Part shown: piece after piece, positions 1 through 13,851 of the stretch | Layout: each line of letters begins with the position of its first letter | How positions within the stretch are numbered: the first letter of the stretch is position 1 | Source of the DNA: Octopus sinensis | Taxonomy: Eukaryota | Direction: 5' to 3' | Length of the DNA stretch: 64,000 nt | Assembly: GCF_006345805.1 (NCBI RefSeq) | Contig: NC_043012.1 | Span: 46,748,001-46,812,000 of the forward strand | Position numbers and translations under genes: made by a program | Notes under the pieces: model-generated | Told to the model about the DNA's origin: nothing | Database searches by the model: none | The model's input: the letters and a program-made list of their open reading frames with translations, nothing else

Positions 1-284
1 TAATATCTAGACACTTAATTACATTGTACTACTGCTCATGATGCACAAGTAAAAATTAGTGCGGCAGTAGATCTCGCATAGCAAAAGACTTAGAAAATGA
101 TGGATAACAATATAATGGTCATAGAAATACAGAGAGGCATACATACACACATAACCTTAAGAAACTATTGTAGTGAAATTGATGGATATATAACCACCTT
201 CACCAGTACTAATAAATACAGGAATGGTTAATTATAAAACTAAGTAGCCAGCAACAAAGCCACTATACTATATAATAGATTGCA

Positions 285-319
285 TATATATACATATATA
301 TGTGTGTGTGTGTGTGTGT

Positions 320-375
<56 letters not shown>

Positions 376-380
376 TGTGT
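285..380. repeat. (TA)n/(TG)n microsatellite
   Basis: Direct dinucleotide run; explains ORF 300..503. Confidence 0.95.
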
Positions 381-699
381 ATAGGGATTATGTCTGAGGT
401 TAAAGTTCTTTGTGTAATGTTCATTTTAGGGTTAGCTTTGTGTCAGAGTGACATCGGACACGTAATTACATATATAAACACACAAACATATTTGTTGTTG
501 TAATCAATATCGACAAACATGATTATGAATGTGTAATACTCTTCTATGCGTTACTGAACTGGATTTAATATGAACGATTTATCGGATTGTATCCGTTCGC
601 TTATGTATTACAGATTACAATTTCTTTTGTGATATATTATTATATTAATTTGGCAAAATATAGGTTTATGTTTATTTACTTATTTTCTCCTGGCTTTTA

Positions 700-1110
700 T
701 CTTCATCTGCTGTAATGTACCATCCATATGGATACATTCCGAAGAACGTTTCCCTCTGGAATCCAGATATGCGACAACCATCCTCATCGTAATAATCTGC
801 GCTAGTCAGAGTTTTTAAAAGCTAGGAATAGTAATGTTCCAAGAATGATGGCGCTGGTAATAATCTTTCTAGATATATACAATTTTTTAAGTTGGTGATA
901 TTGTGAGGCTTTTAGAATTCCATAGATATTTTTAACATGCTGGTTGCTCATTCTGCTTCATAATTCTTTTCCGAACTTCAAATCAATCCAGTTATTACGT
1001 ACAACCACACTACTCAAATAGTTAAAATCTACAATGGTATCTATTATCTCTCCATCACTACAGCCAATATGATGATTGGTTTAATCTGTAGACATTATTT
1101 TTATGTTTTA
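700..1110 (-). mobile_element. Degenerate RTE-like LINE ORF2 fragment (region C-terminal to RT)
   Basis: Minus translation gives GEIIDTIVDFNYLSSVV...KRIMK...KYLWNSKSL, resembling the RTE pattern GE.IE.V..F.YLGS...RI...IW.S; contains stops. Confidence 0.55.
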
Positions 1111-1159
1111 TCAAGAAATAACTGGTGCTGTTTTGCTTTCATATTTTAATATTAGTTGC

Positions 1160-1338
1160 ATTTGCAATCGTTAGCAAGTCGGGCAAAATGCATGGCGGTA
1201 TTTCATCCGTCTTTACGTCTTGCGTTCAAATACCACAGAGGTCGACGCCGGTTCTCAGTCTTTTGGGGGTCAAGAGTCGAGATAATCGACTTAGTCCCTT
1301 CCCCAAAACTCCTGGCCTTGTACCAAAGTTTGAAATCT
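1160..1338 (+). mobile_element. SINE family A (tRNA-derived), degenerate
   Basis: Shares ttagca..gggcaaaatgc..gcggtatttc..gttcaaat..gaggtcgac with copies at 1945, 9941 and 16000; B-box-like GTTCAAAT. Confidence 0.7.
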
Positions 1339-1944
1339 ATAATAGTATAATTTCTTACGTTGTTCCTGAAGTCAACCGCTGGTACCCAACATGATCAGCT
1401 AACATCTTGTTATCCGACCAGTGTATTTCACAATCACTTTTCTGCAAAATCTTCTCCAACATAATCAATCACTATTGGTGATAGTTGCCTTTCAGATCTT
1501 CCCTTAGAGTATTATCAACCGTAGGTTCAATGCTATTTAAAAATAATCTGTTGAACATTATTTCATTATGAATAATATCCTTCCTTCTTCTTGCCATATT
1601 CACGCATCTCTCTTAATCATTATTTCATTATTTCATTATGAATAGTACTCTTCCTTTTCTTGTCCATTCACGCATCTCGCCTAACCATCAATTAAATAAA
1701 TTAATGGTAAGTCCAAGAAGAGATTACTCAATTAGAGATAAACAATTATGCTAGGGAATAATGATAAACAAATAAGTAAGAGATGGTAGGAACAATGAAA
1801 TATTGTTTAGCAATAAAATTTCATATTCATATATGACTTCAGTAGAAAGAATGTGGAAATTAAAACATCCTTTGTAACGTCGAATATCACGACTCAGCAC
1901 AATGGTGGTTGTGATTACACAGCTAAGTGGTTGTTAGAATGGTT

Positions 1945-2135
1945 TAAAATTTGGAAACAAGGTCAGATATTTTGGAGGAGGGGATAAATCGATTAGATCG
2001 ACTCCAGTGCTCAACCAAAATGATAAAAGTCAAAGTAGACCTCGGCGGAATTTGAACCCAGAAGGTAAAGACAGACGAAATGCAGCAACATGTTTTGCTC
2101 GGCGTGCCAACGACACTGTCTGTCCGCCGCCTCGA
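1945..2135 (-). mobile_element. SINE family A
   Basis: Reverse complement of the same body as 9941..10160 (cctcggcggaatttgaac, tcgactccagtg). Confidence 0.75.
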
Positions 2136-3038
2136 GTGTTTATTATATCGACACTATATTTAGTGTCTACGTGTTAGACTAATAACTCTCGGCTGCAATG
2201 ATTATAAAGAGAGTCTATATGAGATTGTACTGACACTGCACATGTTGATGGCAATGTCATCATTCCTCTTTGTTATAAGCTCATAGATTTAGGGTGGTTG
2301 TAATAACACATCTCAGCCGTAGTTGTAATGACGCAATTCAGAGCCGAATTTAGTGTTGAGTGCAATGATATCTTAGAAGAGCTTATAATGACAAAAACTT
2401 GCTACAGTTGTAATAAAACAGTAACAGATGCAATGAAACAGACGAGAGTTGGTTTAATGACACAGCATATATATATAGTGTTAATTGTATAAAAATATCT
2501 CTAAGCTTTGGTTGTCGTGACATAACAGAGTAGAGAGTTATAGATGTTATAATAGAGGAAACAGGAAATATTAATGAGAGATCAGAGAATGTAAATTCTT
2601 CTGAAACGGTTTCCGAGAGCGCTGTCTTTAAAAAAGAGGAGATTATAAAACTTAGCATGGGTTTCCTGAAATACACCAACGAAGAACCTTACGTTTTTTT
2701 TTTGTTTTTGTGGAATGGAGAACCGAGACGCATTTACTCACACTTCCACTGACGTCATTACATTTTGTGGAGAGGTAGAACATTCTGTGATGACGTTTCA
2801 CAATTTTATATAATTATATAGAAACAGTTATGATTATACTACTCAGCTGAGACTAAATAAAAATTTTTTACTGAAACAAAAGATATATCATAGATATATC
2901 CATTAATCTTTCTCCATAATAGAGTAGGTATGTATGTAACTCTCTCTCTCTCTGTACACACACACACACGTGCGCGCGTGCACGCACAAAATTAACATGA
3001 AAGAGCAGGTTCCAATGTTTAAAGGAGAATTGTAATTG

Positions 3039-3651
3039 TTACTAAATGTGACTAAGGTGTTAAAAAACACCTACATTGCTAGAAATAAGAGCTAAAATGT
3101 TCTAATACTGTAGTTAACACACATGAATGAAAACATACACTAAGAGGAACCATAATTGTTGGAAAAATGCCGACCGAGACTTCTTAAGACTGACGTCAGT
3201 TTCGGCATTTTCCGTTGCCATAATCAGTTAAGTCAGCCAGGTGTTCGGTTTTTTCCGCACCTGGTTCTCTATTAGTAGGTGTGTTTTCGTTATTCAAATT
3301 AATGGATGATTTAGCGATTTGCTTACGTGTTAAACGAACTTAATATAAACAGCAGGTTAAAATGTTTCCCCAAAGAGGAGAGCTATAATTGTCACTAAAT
3401 GTGACTAGAAAAAAGAGCTAAATTATAATTATATAACTATAATCTATAACTATAAAGTTATAATTTTTTGGTGAAACATTGCAGCCTGCAGTTTATATTA
3501 ATTTAATATAGAATTTTCGGCCGGCGTTTTTCGAACAATTATGGTCAATGTTAGTGTATATGCTTTCATTCGTCTGCCTCAACTACTGCATTAGAGAATT
3601 TCTTATTTCAAGCAATGTAGGTGTTTTTAACATCCTAGTCACATTTAGTGA
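3039..3651. mobile_element. MITE-like element with ~75-bp imperfect terminal inverted repeats
   Basis: ttactaaatgtgactaaggtgttaaaaaacacctacattgctagaaataag (3039) is inverted at cttatttcaagcaatgtaggtgtttttaacatcctagtcacatttagtga (ends 3651). Partial third copy near 3340-3420; related fragment near 44790. Confidence 0.4.
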
Positions 3652-3989
3652 GTGTGTGAGCATATGGATGGGCGTGTGGGTGAAAGTGCTTGTGTAGTTG
3701 AAAATATCCCATATGCACATGTATCTATCGCAATAAGGGAGAGTTGGAAATATTTTCTTCGAAGAGAACTCAATTTTCTTACAGGACTCTGAAAATCATT
3801 TTAAGAAAATTTGTGAAATGAATTTTATGCTGAAAAAGTAATTTTTCTCATGAAAGCAATTCAGTAAATACTTTGCGTGTAAAGAGTTTCTTAAATAACT
3901 TGAATTACAAAACAATTATCTTTGCATAAAGCAACTATTTAAATAGTCGGGTCTGACACGCAGACACACTCAAATACAAAAGTGCATAT

Positions 3990-4092
3990 GTACACACACA
4001 AGCACACACACACACATACACACACATACACACACACACGCGCGCGCACATACATATACATAGATAAATAGGTAGAGAGATAGATAGGTAGG

Positions 4093-4170
<78 letters not shown>

Positions 4171-4198
4171 CTTACATACATGCATGCGTACATACATA
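3990..4198. repeat. Compound (CA)n/(GATA)n microsatellite
   Basis: Direct repeat run; explains ORFs 3939..4415 and 3970..4197. Confidence 0.95.
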
Positions 4199-5925
4199 AA
4201 GTTAAATGATGAGATAAGATTCTTATCTCTCCACCTTGAACAGGGGGGCCCGATTTTTCCAAGTGTGCGTGTGTTGGTTTAAGGAAGAAGAAAGTTATGG
4301 AGAAGAAAGGACTGAGAAGGTACAATAATTCGTTGGTACGAAGAGGACAAGAAGAATGCGAGAGGATTGAACGTAAAATGCATAAAGGGATGTAAGAAGG
4401 AAGGAAAGAAAACAAAAAGACACAAAAAGAAAAAAAGCGAGTGAAGCGAGAAGAGAGAAATTGAGAATAGGAAAAACAGGAGAAAAAATTTCACAACTGA
4501 GAAATAAATACATGAATAAAAATGAAATACTAATGAAAATGTCAAGACGGTACAAAAGTGGTGCAGAGTATATGATGAGGAAGTGATTAATATAAATTTG
4601 GGTTCTACTGATAGATGTGCATGCACGCGGCACTGTTTTAAAGCGTTTATGAATGAATGGAGGGAAAAGAGAAATTCATTAGAACTTAAAGATGCTGAGA
4701 GTGCAAATATTGTGAAAATGGTGAAGTTAGCAGGAAATAAAGATTGGGAAAAATCAGTCGCATGCAAGGCATGGAAGAAATAATAATGGCAAGCGGGAAA
4801 TGGTGGAAAGGAAAGATATAGCTTTGATAGAAAAAGTAACACTAAGCGAGTTAAGACAACGAGAAACGTTCGATAAGAAAATTATTCTGGATGCGAGTTC
4901 GCGTTTCTGTATGGATGCGCGTGTGTAAGTGTGTGTTTGTGTGTGTATATTTGTAAGATGAAGAGCCAGTGACAGGAAATGCATTAAAAAGGGTGGTCAG
5001 GCAAAGCGGAAGTGGCGAGAAAGAAGGCTAGTGTATGAGAAAATGTATGTATGCAGTTGAGATTATGAGTAAATTGAAAGAGAAAAAAAACCTACCGGTG
5101 GATATGTGTTTGTGTCAGGGAGTCAGGATGTTGGATAAATGATAATATGTGTGCTATATTTACATGTTCGTAGGTATACGACTGCTGAGGGGAGATGTGG
5201 GTGGGTACCCCTACATTCTCATGACGATTTGAATAGGTATGTGTGCTGGTACGCGTCAGAGTCTGAAACGGAAACAGTGGTAGAAAGAGTGGATGAAGGG
5301 AATGTTTTGTGAATGTGTGTAACCACGAGGTAATGAAGATGTGAGTATTCCGGCAGGGAGCGAATGTATGTGGAAATGTATGTGAGTGGACGTTAATGTG
5401 CTGAGGGTTTAAGAGGTGTGTAATGGGGAGATGTGATTCTGAGTGGGATTCATGTGTGCGGCATATACCTTAAAGTGGAGAGCGGATGAGAGGGATGGAG
5501 TGGAAGGCGAAGAAAAGTTCAAGATAATTGAGGAGAATTCAGACCTAAAAGAGTGTAAGTCCCTATTGCCTCTAGGGGCACATTATATGTGATCAGTTTG
5601 AGGTGGCCGCCTCAAAATCCGAGTTGTGTTGTGAAGAATAATCATAGGTAAGAAATTTCAAGAGGCGGGTAACCTATTGCCATGACGGATGTCTCTGAAA
5701 CTTCTGAATCAGTCGATAGACGATTCGTTCGATTTACATAAAATTGCGTGTGTGTGAGAGTGTGTGTGGGGGAAGGGTAAACAAGGTTAAGAAGTTGCTG
5801 GAAAAAGTGAAACAGAGGAAGAATGCCGGACAGACTGGAAAATACCAAGACAAAAGCAACACATTCATACATACAACATATACATAGAAGCAACACAACA
5901 TACATAGATATATCTATGTTTCTAC

Positions 5926-6746
5926 TTCCAGAAATTTTGAGACTTTTTCAAGAGAGCCATTTAATTTTTAAAAAATTACAGAACTCTTATCTGCTCAAAT
6001 AGGGTCCTCTGAATTCAGTGCCTTTGTTGCAACGCTCCAGACATTTCGTGAAGGTCTTAGAGAAGTCTTCGAAGGTGAAGGTGTCCAGGACCCTTGTCAC
6101 AGTCTTTAGCATCTTCCACTTCAATCATATGTCACAAGGAGCAAGGTCTGGACTGCAGCGAGAGTGAGGAACCATTTTCATGTCCATCTCTGTCAAATAG
6201 TTGGTTACCATGATAAAACTGTGGACTGGTGAATGTCCTTTTACAAATGCTCCTGTCTTACACGATGGAAACTCTTCTTAAATCCCATGAAAATTTCCAC
6301 AGTGCTCTTGGCCAGGGGGAATCGAGGGGATGAGGATGATGCCTATGTTGTAAAGAAAGAGATCATCAAGAGCTTCCAGCGGAATTAATTTTCCTTGGCT
6401 CTAGTGCCACAGAAAAATAGGTATTCGACTCATGAAAGTTAAGCAATGAGCTGTCTGAGGTAATTCATACATCTGTGGAGCGGTTTCGACCATTTTAAAA
6501 CAAATCATTACTGCGTAGCTATCTTCCAAATTTTTTTCACGTCCGGTATGCGTTCTACAAACAAGTCTACTGTAACAAGCAGTCTTTAATAGGCTGTGCT
6601 CAAAGAGTTCTTACAGCTGTCTCTTTCAATTTGGAGAAGCAAAACTTACCAGGTCAGCTTATTTGATGTGTAATAAGGATAAATTTAAAATTCAATAATA
6701 TAGAACAATCATAATTGCCAATCCTTAAGTTTCAAAACTTCTGAAA
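5926..6746 (-). mobile_element. Internally deleted, degenerate mariner-type DNA transposon
   Basis: Minus translation LVTNYLTEMDMKMVPHSRCSPDLAPCD matches the mariner PHPPYSPDLAP.D motif. Imperfect 18-bp inverted repeats ttccagaaattttgagac (5926) / gtttcaaaacttctgaaa (6729). Confidence 0.7.
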
Positions 6747-8639
6747 TATTTCTTGTGTGTGTATGTAAGTATGTAGTTATGTAAGTATGTATGTATGTAT
6801 GTATGTATGTATGTATGTATGGATGGATGGATGGATGGATGGATGGATGGATGTGTGTGTGTATATATATATATATTATATATATACATATGTAGATAAT
6901 CCAAATAAGAAGACGAAGAAGGATTTCAACACATCTTTAATGATTATACCATCACAAGAATTTATACACACGCACATGCACATACACAGTCATACACACA
7001 TATACACACAAGTACATGCACACATATATAACCATGGCAAGACACACATGTTTTTATGCAATCGCACACACATACACACAGACACATATATATATATACA
7101 CGCATATTGATATGCACATGTGTATATTTCCATATCTCTATTTATCTTTCCACCAATATGTCTGTCTATCTGCCCATCAACCTATCTATCTATCTATTTC
7201 TCTATTTATCTATCTACCCATTTATCACTGTGTGTATACGTGTGTATGTGCATTGATATAATTGTGTCTGCATGAGAAATAATATAATAATACAACGAAA
7301 ATCAATTCTCGTTAAATCTACAATTAATGCTTCCGATGTTTAATCCTTCTGCTCTCCGTATTTTCAGCTGCACTTTCGGTTGCTGCTTTTCTACTCTGGG
7401 TTATTACACGTAAAATGAACGTTGAGCGTGTTGTTGTTTTTTGTTTTCTTTGTTGCTGCTGTTACTGCAGCTCGCATTGTTGCTGTTGCTGTTGCTACAG
7501 CTCAGTCGTGCAGCAGTCGCTGCATCTTATGAAATCTGGTCTAATATCCGCTCAGTCTACACAAATTTGTTTCATTTTCTTTGTTTCGTTTTTTTCTTTC
7601 TTTTATTTATTTATATTTTTTTTGTTTTCACTGATGCTGCACCTGTCGAGATAATGCAATGAAAATAACGAATATGCTCCAGATACCTATATAAATGTTA
7701 CTTTCAAGAATATAAGTGCTCGTCTATATATATATATATATATATACGCACACACACACACACAGAGACATATATATATACAGAGAGAGAGAGAAGGAGA
7801 GGTATATATATATAACTACGTACATATATATGTGTGTGTATATATTTATATATATATATATATATATACATATAGCATACACACACATACATATATATAA
7901 ATATACATATAATATTTGTATGTACATTTAGTTCGCTTACTCTGTCTGCCTCTCTCTCTCTCTCTCTCTCTCTTTCCCCCTCTCTCTCTTTCTCTCTCGA
8001 CGCATACATATACACATGTGCGTGTATGTGCAATCGTTTGTAAGAATATTGAGAGCAATTATTTTCTTGTAAATTCTTCGAAGAGAATCAATATTCGTAA
8101 GTGGGTTACACATACACATATGTGACTATATATATATGTGTGTGTGTATGTGTGTGTGTGTGTGTCTGTGTGTATGCATTGTTTATATATGCATACATAC
8201 ATATGTCTATATATATATACACATACATATGTATATATTTATACATATATAGACATGCATATATATACACACGCACATATATATACATCTATATAATACA
8301 CGCACATGTACCTTTATATTTAGTTCTGATTTTAAGAGGTCCCTTTGCACCTACTTTATTTCGTGAGTGCTCCCTGTGCGTGGCATATTCGAAAATCATC
8401 TCATTTAATAGACTGTTGTTATATTTAATGAAACTTCGTAGACTGGTCCAAACGCACAATGTGCACACACGACATATACATACATAGAGATATTAACATA
8501 GCTAGTTATTTTTGCATGTTTGTGTTCCTATCTGTCCATCCATATATCCATATATGGATACTAATATTTTCGTGGTTTAGGATACAATAATTTTGGCAGA
8601 GTTTTATAACGTTGCATGTCTGAAAGCAATCTTTCAGGT

Positions 8640-9200
8640 TCGGTGCATAATGCTGGACATGTTTGAAGACCAGGAAGTTGGTTTAGGGAAAATATGAGAG
8701 GATACAAAATCTGTAAACCACGGATACAGGAGGATTTTCCATAGACATCTATAGAAATTCCATGCAGTTGATTTCATAATATGAATGACATTTTCACTCG
8801 CAAGACACACCAAGAGTTGGTTGCTAGTTGTAAATGTCGGAGATCCTGACGTTTGCCTTCTGGTTCAGATGCATTTGATAAATTCAGTTGCTTATAAAGC
8901 CGAAGTTACTGCGGTGTTTCGAGATAACATAACATGTCGTTTTATACGAAGGCAATTTTAAAAGGTCTTAATAAAAATAAGACCAGTCGTCTTTCCAAAA
9001 TATTGATAAATATAAAGCCGCTAACTTGGCTAACCATGTATGGGATCTGAAATGAAAGGAACATCACTGCTGAGACATCTACGTCATATATTAATGGATC
9101 AAAGCAATGCAAGTCATGCCTAGTTGAAAGATCATACATTTTTGGAATATCGACAATTTCAGTCTGACGTTATCAGAAAAAGGTCAGCTGTACGTATATA
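8640..9200 (+). mobile_element. Penelope-like element fragment: linker and GIY-YIG endonuclease region, degenerate
   Basis: Across frameshifts: DPDVC...LINSVAYKAEV...EGNFKR...KYKAANLANHVWDLK...YINGSKQCKSCLVE, resembling the PLE GIY-YIG domain with Cys-containing flanks. Confidence 0.65.
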
Positions 9201-9241
9201 TGCAGTAGAAATCATCTTTGTCTCAAACATGAGCATAATTT

Positions 9242-9274
<33 letters not shown>

Positions 9275-9427
9275 CGCGCGCGCACACACGCACACACGCA
9301 CACACACACGCACGCACACACACACACACATATATATATTGGGAGAATTAAAAAAACAAAGGACGAAGACAGGAGGTGTAGACAACAAACAGCTGTATTA
9401 GTTTAACGCTCGGGAAAATGAAGAAGT

Positions 9428-9463
9428 CTTTAACGTTTCGAGCCTACGCTCTTCCACAGAAAG
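9428..9463 (-). ncRNA. Minimal hammerhead-like motif in a PLE terminal repeat (core variant)
   Basis: Minus: CUUU-CUGUGGA-A-GAGC-guag-GCUC-GAAA-CG-UU-AAAG. Stems I and II pair; core has A6>U; stem III is the loop-less palindrome ACGU. Confidence 0.55.
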
Positions 9464-9671
9464 GAACACAGAAAGAAACAAGGAGAAAAATAAAGAGAGA
9501 AAATAAAGAATGTGTAGTGGCTAGCGATATATCCAAAAAATGGAACAAGAACGCGACGGACGACAATACAATATCCGTTCATATCCTAGGTTTTTACCTC
9601 AAGGCTTTCACTCTACACACGCCAGCTGAACTTCATTCGTCTTTATCAGTGAATAAACAATTGTTTCTTTA

Positions 9672-9896
9672 ATAGCCAATATATACTCGGAATACTTTGA
9701 GAATTTGGCTTTAGGATCAACACCACAATAACCGACCCTATGGCTGCGATATGTTGATTACACCTTTATACTCTGGCCCCACCAGGAAGATGTCCAAGTG
9801 CTGTTACATCATGTGAACTCAATAAAGCCATCCACATAGTTCTCAATGGGAAAGGAAAAAGACAATCAGCTAGCATTCCTGGACGTATTAATACGT
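9672..9896 (+). mobile_element. Penelope-like reverse transcriptase fragment (pseudogenised)
   Basis: IANIYSEYFENLAL...WLRYVDYTFILWPH...HVNSIKP..FSMGKEKDNQLAFLDVLI matches the PLE RT catalytic region (YVDD mutated to YVDY); two in-frame stops. Confidence 0.85.
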
Positions 9897-9940
9897 CAGT
9901 ATTGATGAAAGGTCAGTATTAGTCAGGGGCTGATATTATT

Positions 9941-10160
9941 TGCGAGCTGGCAGAATCGTTAGCATTCGGGGCGAAATGCTTAGCGGTATTTCGTCTGCAG
10001 TTACGTTCTGCGTTCAAATTCCACCGAGGTAGACGTTGCCTTTCATCCTTTCGGGGTCGATTAAATAAGTACGAATTACTCACTGGAGTCGCTGTGATCG
10101 ACTTAATCCTTTTGTTTGTCTCCTCTATGTTTATCCCCCTGTGGTAATAAAGAAATAAAT
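9941..10160 (+). mobile_element. SINE family A, near full length
   Basis: gcgagctggcagaatcgttagca...gttcaaattccaccgagg...ggggtcgattaaataagta...; A/B-box-like head; multiple copies in window. Confidence 0.85.
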
Positions 10161-10640
10161 ATGTCTTGCTGTTTTCCCTGTAGTTAACATCAGCTTAGTA
10201 AAGGAATATCGAAATATATTGGGAAAAAATCAACAACAACTTCCACAGCAATATGTAAGGCCACTGTCTTAAGCTGAAGAAGCAGACGCGAATTTAGCAT
10301 TTCAAAAAATAGCCAAAAGGGACATAAATCGTAAAGCCAACTCTTCGTGGTAAGCTGCATTGAATATATATATATATATTGAATATATATATATATCACC
10401 GACAATTGAAAAGGTTGCAAGACGCAACGAAAGTTCTATTAAACGTAAATAAGTAAATGAGTGGAAATTGAACCAGTGAGTATGTTAATTAAAAAGGCAC
10501 TATAAGAGAATGACTCATCCCTGACACAACAAAATATGCTTCAACACACGAATTCACATAAAGAATTTTGCAAACCAAATACAAAAACGAAATATATACA
10601 TACACACACACAAAGACACACACACAGAGACACAGACGCA

Positions 10641-10679
<39 letters not shown>

Positions 10680-12429
10680 GTATATATATAGTGAATTTAG
10701 TATAGTAACTGGCAGAATGAATATGTATAAAGCAGATGGATGTGGAATTGCAGTTTAGAGCGAAAAGACTAAAATAGCTAACACAGAAGTGGACAGATTT
10801 CAGAGGAGATTTTAGGAATATTTAGCTGTATGTGTGTTGAGAAGCGTTTGAGTACAAGGACGTGTATATGCATGATGTGTAAGCGGGCACGTGTGTTAGT
10901 CATTGTTGATAATGAACAAATTATAAATGTGAGTGAGAGTTTGAAAGATGATATGCAGCTCTGAGTATTGGAAGGTAGCAGAAGTGCACATGAAATATTT
11001 GTTGATATAAGATTATATTAAATTGTTCTTCACATCTAGTAACTTCCGTACTCTCAATATCTTTGGTTTCTTTTTTTTTCCTTGCAACATATATTTTCTA
11101 TTATTTCTCATGTTTAGGTAACTACGGAAGACCACTATCAGAAGCACTGAATTATCTTCTCTGTTTTCTCACGGCAACATGTCTACCTTTTCTGCTCTTA
11201 CCCATTCATTTTGGCGTTTGAAACAAGAAAAATGTAGATAGTATTCAAGCGAGACCTGGGATTCGAACCTTTCTTTTCCAAAATTATCAGTTCACTATTA
11301 TGGGTGAACCACAATTGAAACATGCAATCTTCAAATGAACATTTTCTTTATTGACTAAACGGGGATAGGTGACCACACTGCGAGGAACAAAAATTAAATT
11401 CCTTCAGATCCGTGCCCGTTTGTCAAGTTAAGGAATTTAGCACTAAGATCTTAACAGAGTTTTCAGGGCATCTGAAGAGAGTATACATCAGCGCATGTCA
11501 AGCAAATCAAGAAATAAGGGTCACCAAGATTCGGTGGTTTCTCATCGACAATAACTGAGTAAGAACAGTTCAAATTCTGTTATTTCATTTCTTGCCACAA
11601 GGAAGCCAGGTATGTGAGTGAATCCGGAATAAAATTACATCTGAGTTTTAATTCAAGATCAAATTGTTTCAATTAACTTTTGATGCTCCCTTTATTGAAT
11701 ACTAACACTAGCTTAATAGATGTTGGTTTGCTCGACCAGAGCTGGCCTGGGTTTATTCAAAAAGAGCCGCAGCAGCAGCAGCAGTAGCAGCATCAACAAC
11801 GAAAGAAATAACAACTATTGATGTCGTCAGTAATCAGAAGACCGTTTGATGTAACTAAGGATATTTTATGATTTTAATGACTTTACTCGAAGGCGTTTAA
11901 GTTGTAAATGTTACTGAAAAAAAAACTGCGAACAGACGTACTACTTCGGCAAGGAAAGGCGCCATTGTCAATATTGAAGGCAGTTGACAAGATAACTTAA
12001 TCTGTTAAAATGGCACTTTATACTTCCGTTGAATAAGACATTGAGAATTATTTCTGAAGGAACATAATTTACTGAGACGAACAGTAATAGAAGATTCATA
12101 ATTACATTAAGTAGTTGAGCGAAAATAGTAAGGATTTTACCATGTAAATTGTGTAAACTGGTGTAAAATAGTGACCCTTTTCTTTATGTCTTTGTGTTCG
12201 TGTTAGTCCAGTGCACCCTATTTTTATATATCTGCATACCTCACTGGAGTGACCAGTGAATTGTTCACAGAGAAATACCGACCATTCACCAAACCAATAA
12301 CTTTGTTCTCTCTATATAATTATCTGTTGCTCTAATAAAAGGAGAGAAAAAAATTAATCTAAAATAACCGGAACATTTGCTAAATCGAGAGGAAATTAAT
12401 GACTATTTATAGCAAGCATGGTAGATTAT

Positions 12430-12775
12430 TGATGATGATGATGACGACGACGACGATAACGACCACAATCATGATGATGATGACAACGACGGCGACGACG
12501 ATGACGACGACAATAATGATGATGATGAACGACATCATTATAGACATCATCACAGATATCCACATCATAGAGTTAATATCATCATTATCATCATGTGTCA
12601 CACTATACAATTATTTTATTGCAATTCTGTTGTTGCTGCTGTTGATGATTTATTACGATGATGACAACGACGAAGTCAACGACAAAGGTGACGATGATGT
12701 GAATGACGATGATGACGACGATGATGATGACGTTGATGATGATGATAATCATGATCACGATGACGATGTTAATGG
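12430..12775. repeat. Degenerate (GAT/GAC)n trinucleotide tract
   Basis: Direct repeat run; explains poly-M/T/D ORFs. Confidence 0.9.
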
Positions 12776-13589
12776 CTAGATTTCATATGGTTCATTGATT
12801 GAAGGATAAAATAAAGGGAAAATAAGAAATTAGATGTCGGTGAGGATAAACAAGCGAGATGAGAACATCAGAGAAAACTTATTAAATATAAAATAAATAA
12901 ACAAATAACAAAAAAAAACAGTAGTAACGGGTGAATAAATAAATTAATAGAAATAATAAATGTGATATGAACATCATAAATTAATTAGAAATGAATATGA
13001 AAATAAAGTTAACACAAATAATAAAATACAATTTTAAACAAAAACTAACCAAAAGAAAGGAAACCAGACACCCCGCCCTGCTCTTCTGACCGCTGAAAGT
13101 AATTATATTTCATTTTAAGTAGCATTTCGATGAGTAATGTAAAAATGATACAATTGATTGAAGAGACGAATTTAAAGAATGCCAGACAATATGACTTCCC
13201 AGCTGTAACCGCAATATCGGCGATTCTATTATTATTTTAACAAAGGGCGCCAAAATTTCTTTTCTGCTGGGTTCTTCCCCAACCTATATTCCAACGTAGA
13301 TAGGCTGGATGTAATGATTGCGTAGTAAAGATGTAAAAGTTGGTTCACTGTTGCTCATTTTATGCTGTGTATTACAGACCAGTAAGAACCATCAAGGTCG
13401 ACGTAAAGGTTTTGTATTTCAGGCATAGGCATGATAAAAAAAACCATGTTCTGATGTCGATCCAGAATTGGCTTTTGACAAAGACAAACGTCATCGTTAT
13501 TAATTCGATATATTCAGCATCACCGATTTTATTGTCGACGTAATCGTTTTCTTAATAGTCGTCATTAACATTTTTTTTTCATCACAATT

Positions 13590-13851
13590 ATCATGATGAA
13601 GATGATGATGATGGTAATGATGAACTTCATCCTCCTACTTCTCCATATCCTCTTCCTGCTCATGAACATCGTGATCATTCACAGTCAACGTTATCGTCGT
13701 CATCGATATCGTTATCTTCATCATCGTCGTTGTGGTGTTAATATTAGTAATAATAAAAACAATAATAATGACGATGACGTTGATGATGATAACAACAACA
13801 ACAACAACCACAACAACAAAAACAACAACAACAATAATAATAATAATAATA
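13590..13851. repeat. Compound (GAT)/(CAT)/(AAC)/(AAT)n tract, 5' target of the Dong insertion
   Basis: Direct repeat run ending at the LINE 5' junction. Confidence 0.9.

Noticed and set aside
4200-5900. Purine-rich and TG-rich region with faint LINE-like peptides (e.g. NVPLEAIG on minus)
   Set aside because: Similarity too weak to call without a search.
10270-10300. CUGAAGA-AGC...GC-GAAU
   Set aside because: GAAA core absent, only a 2-bp stem; probably chance.
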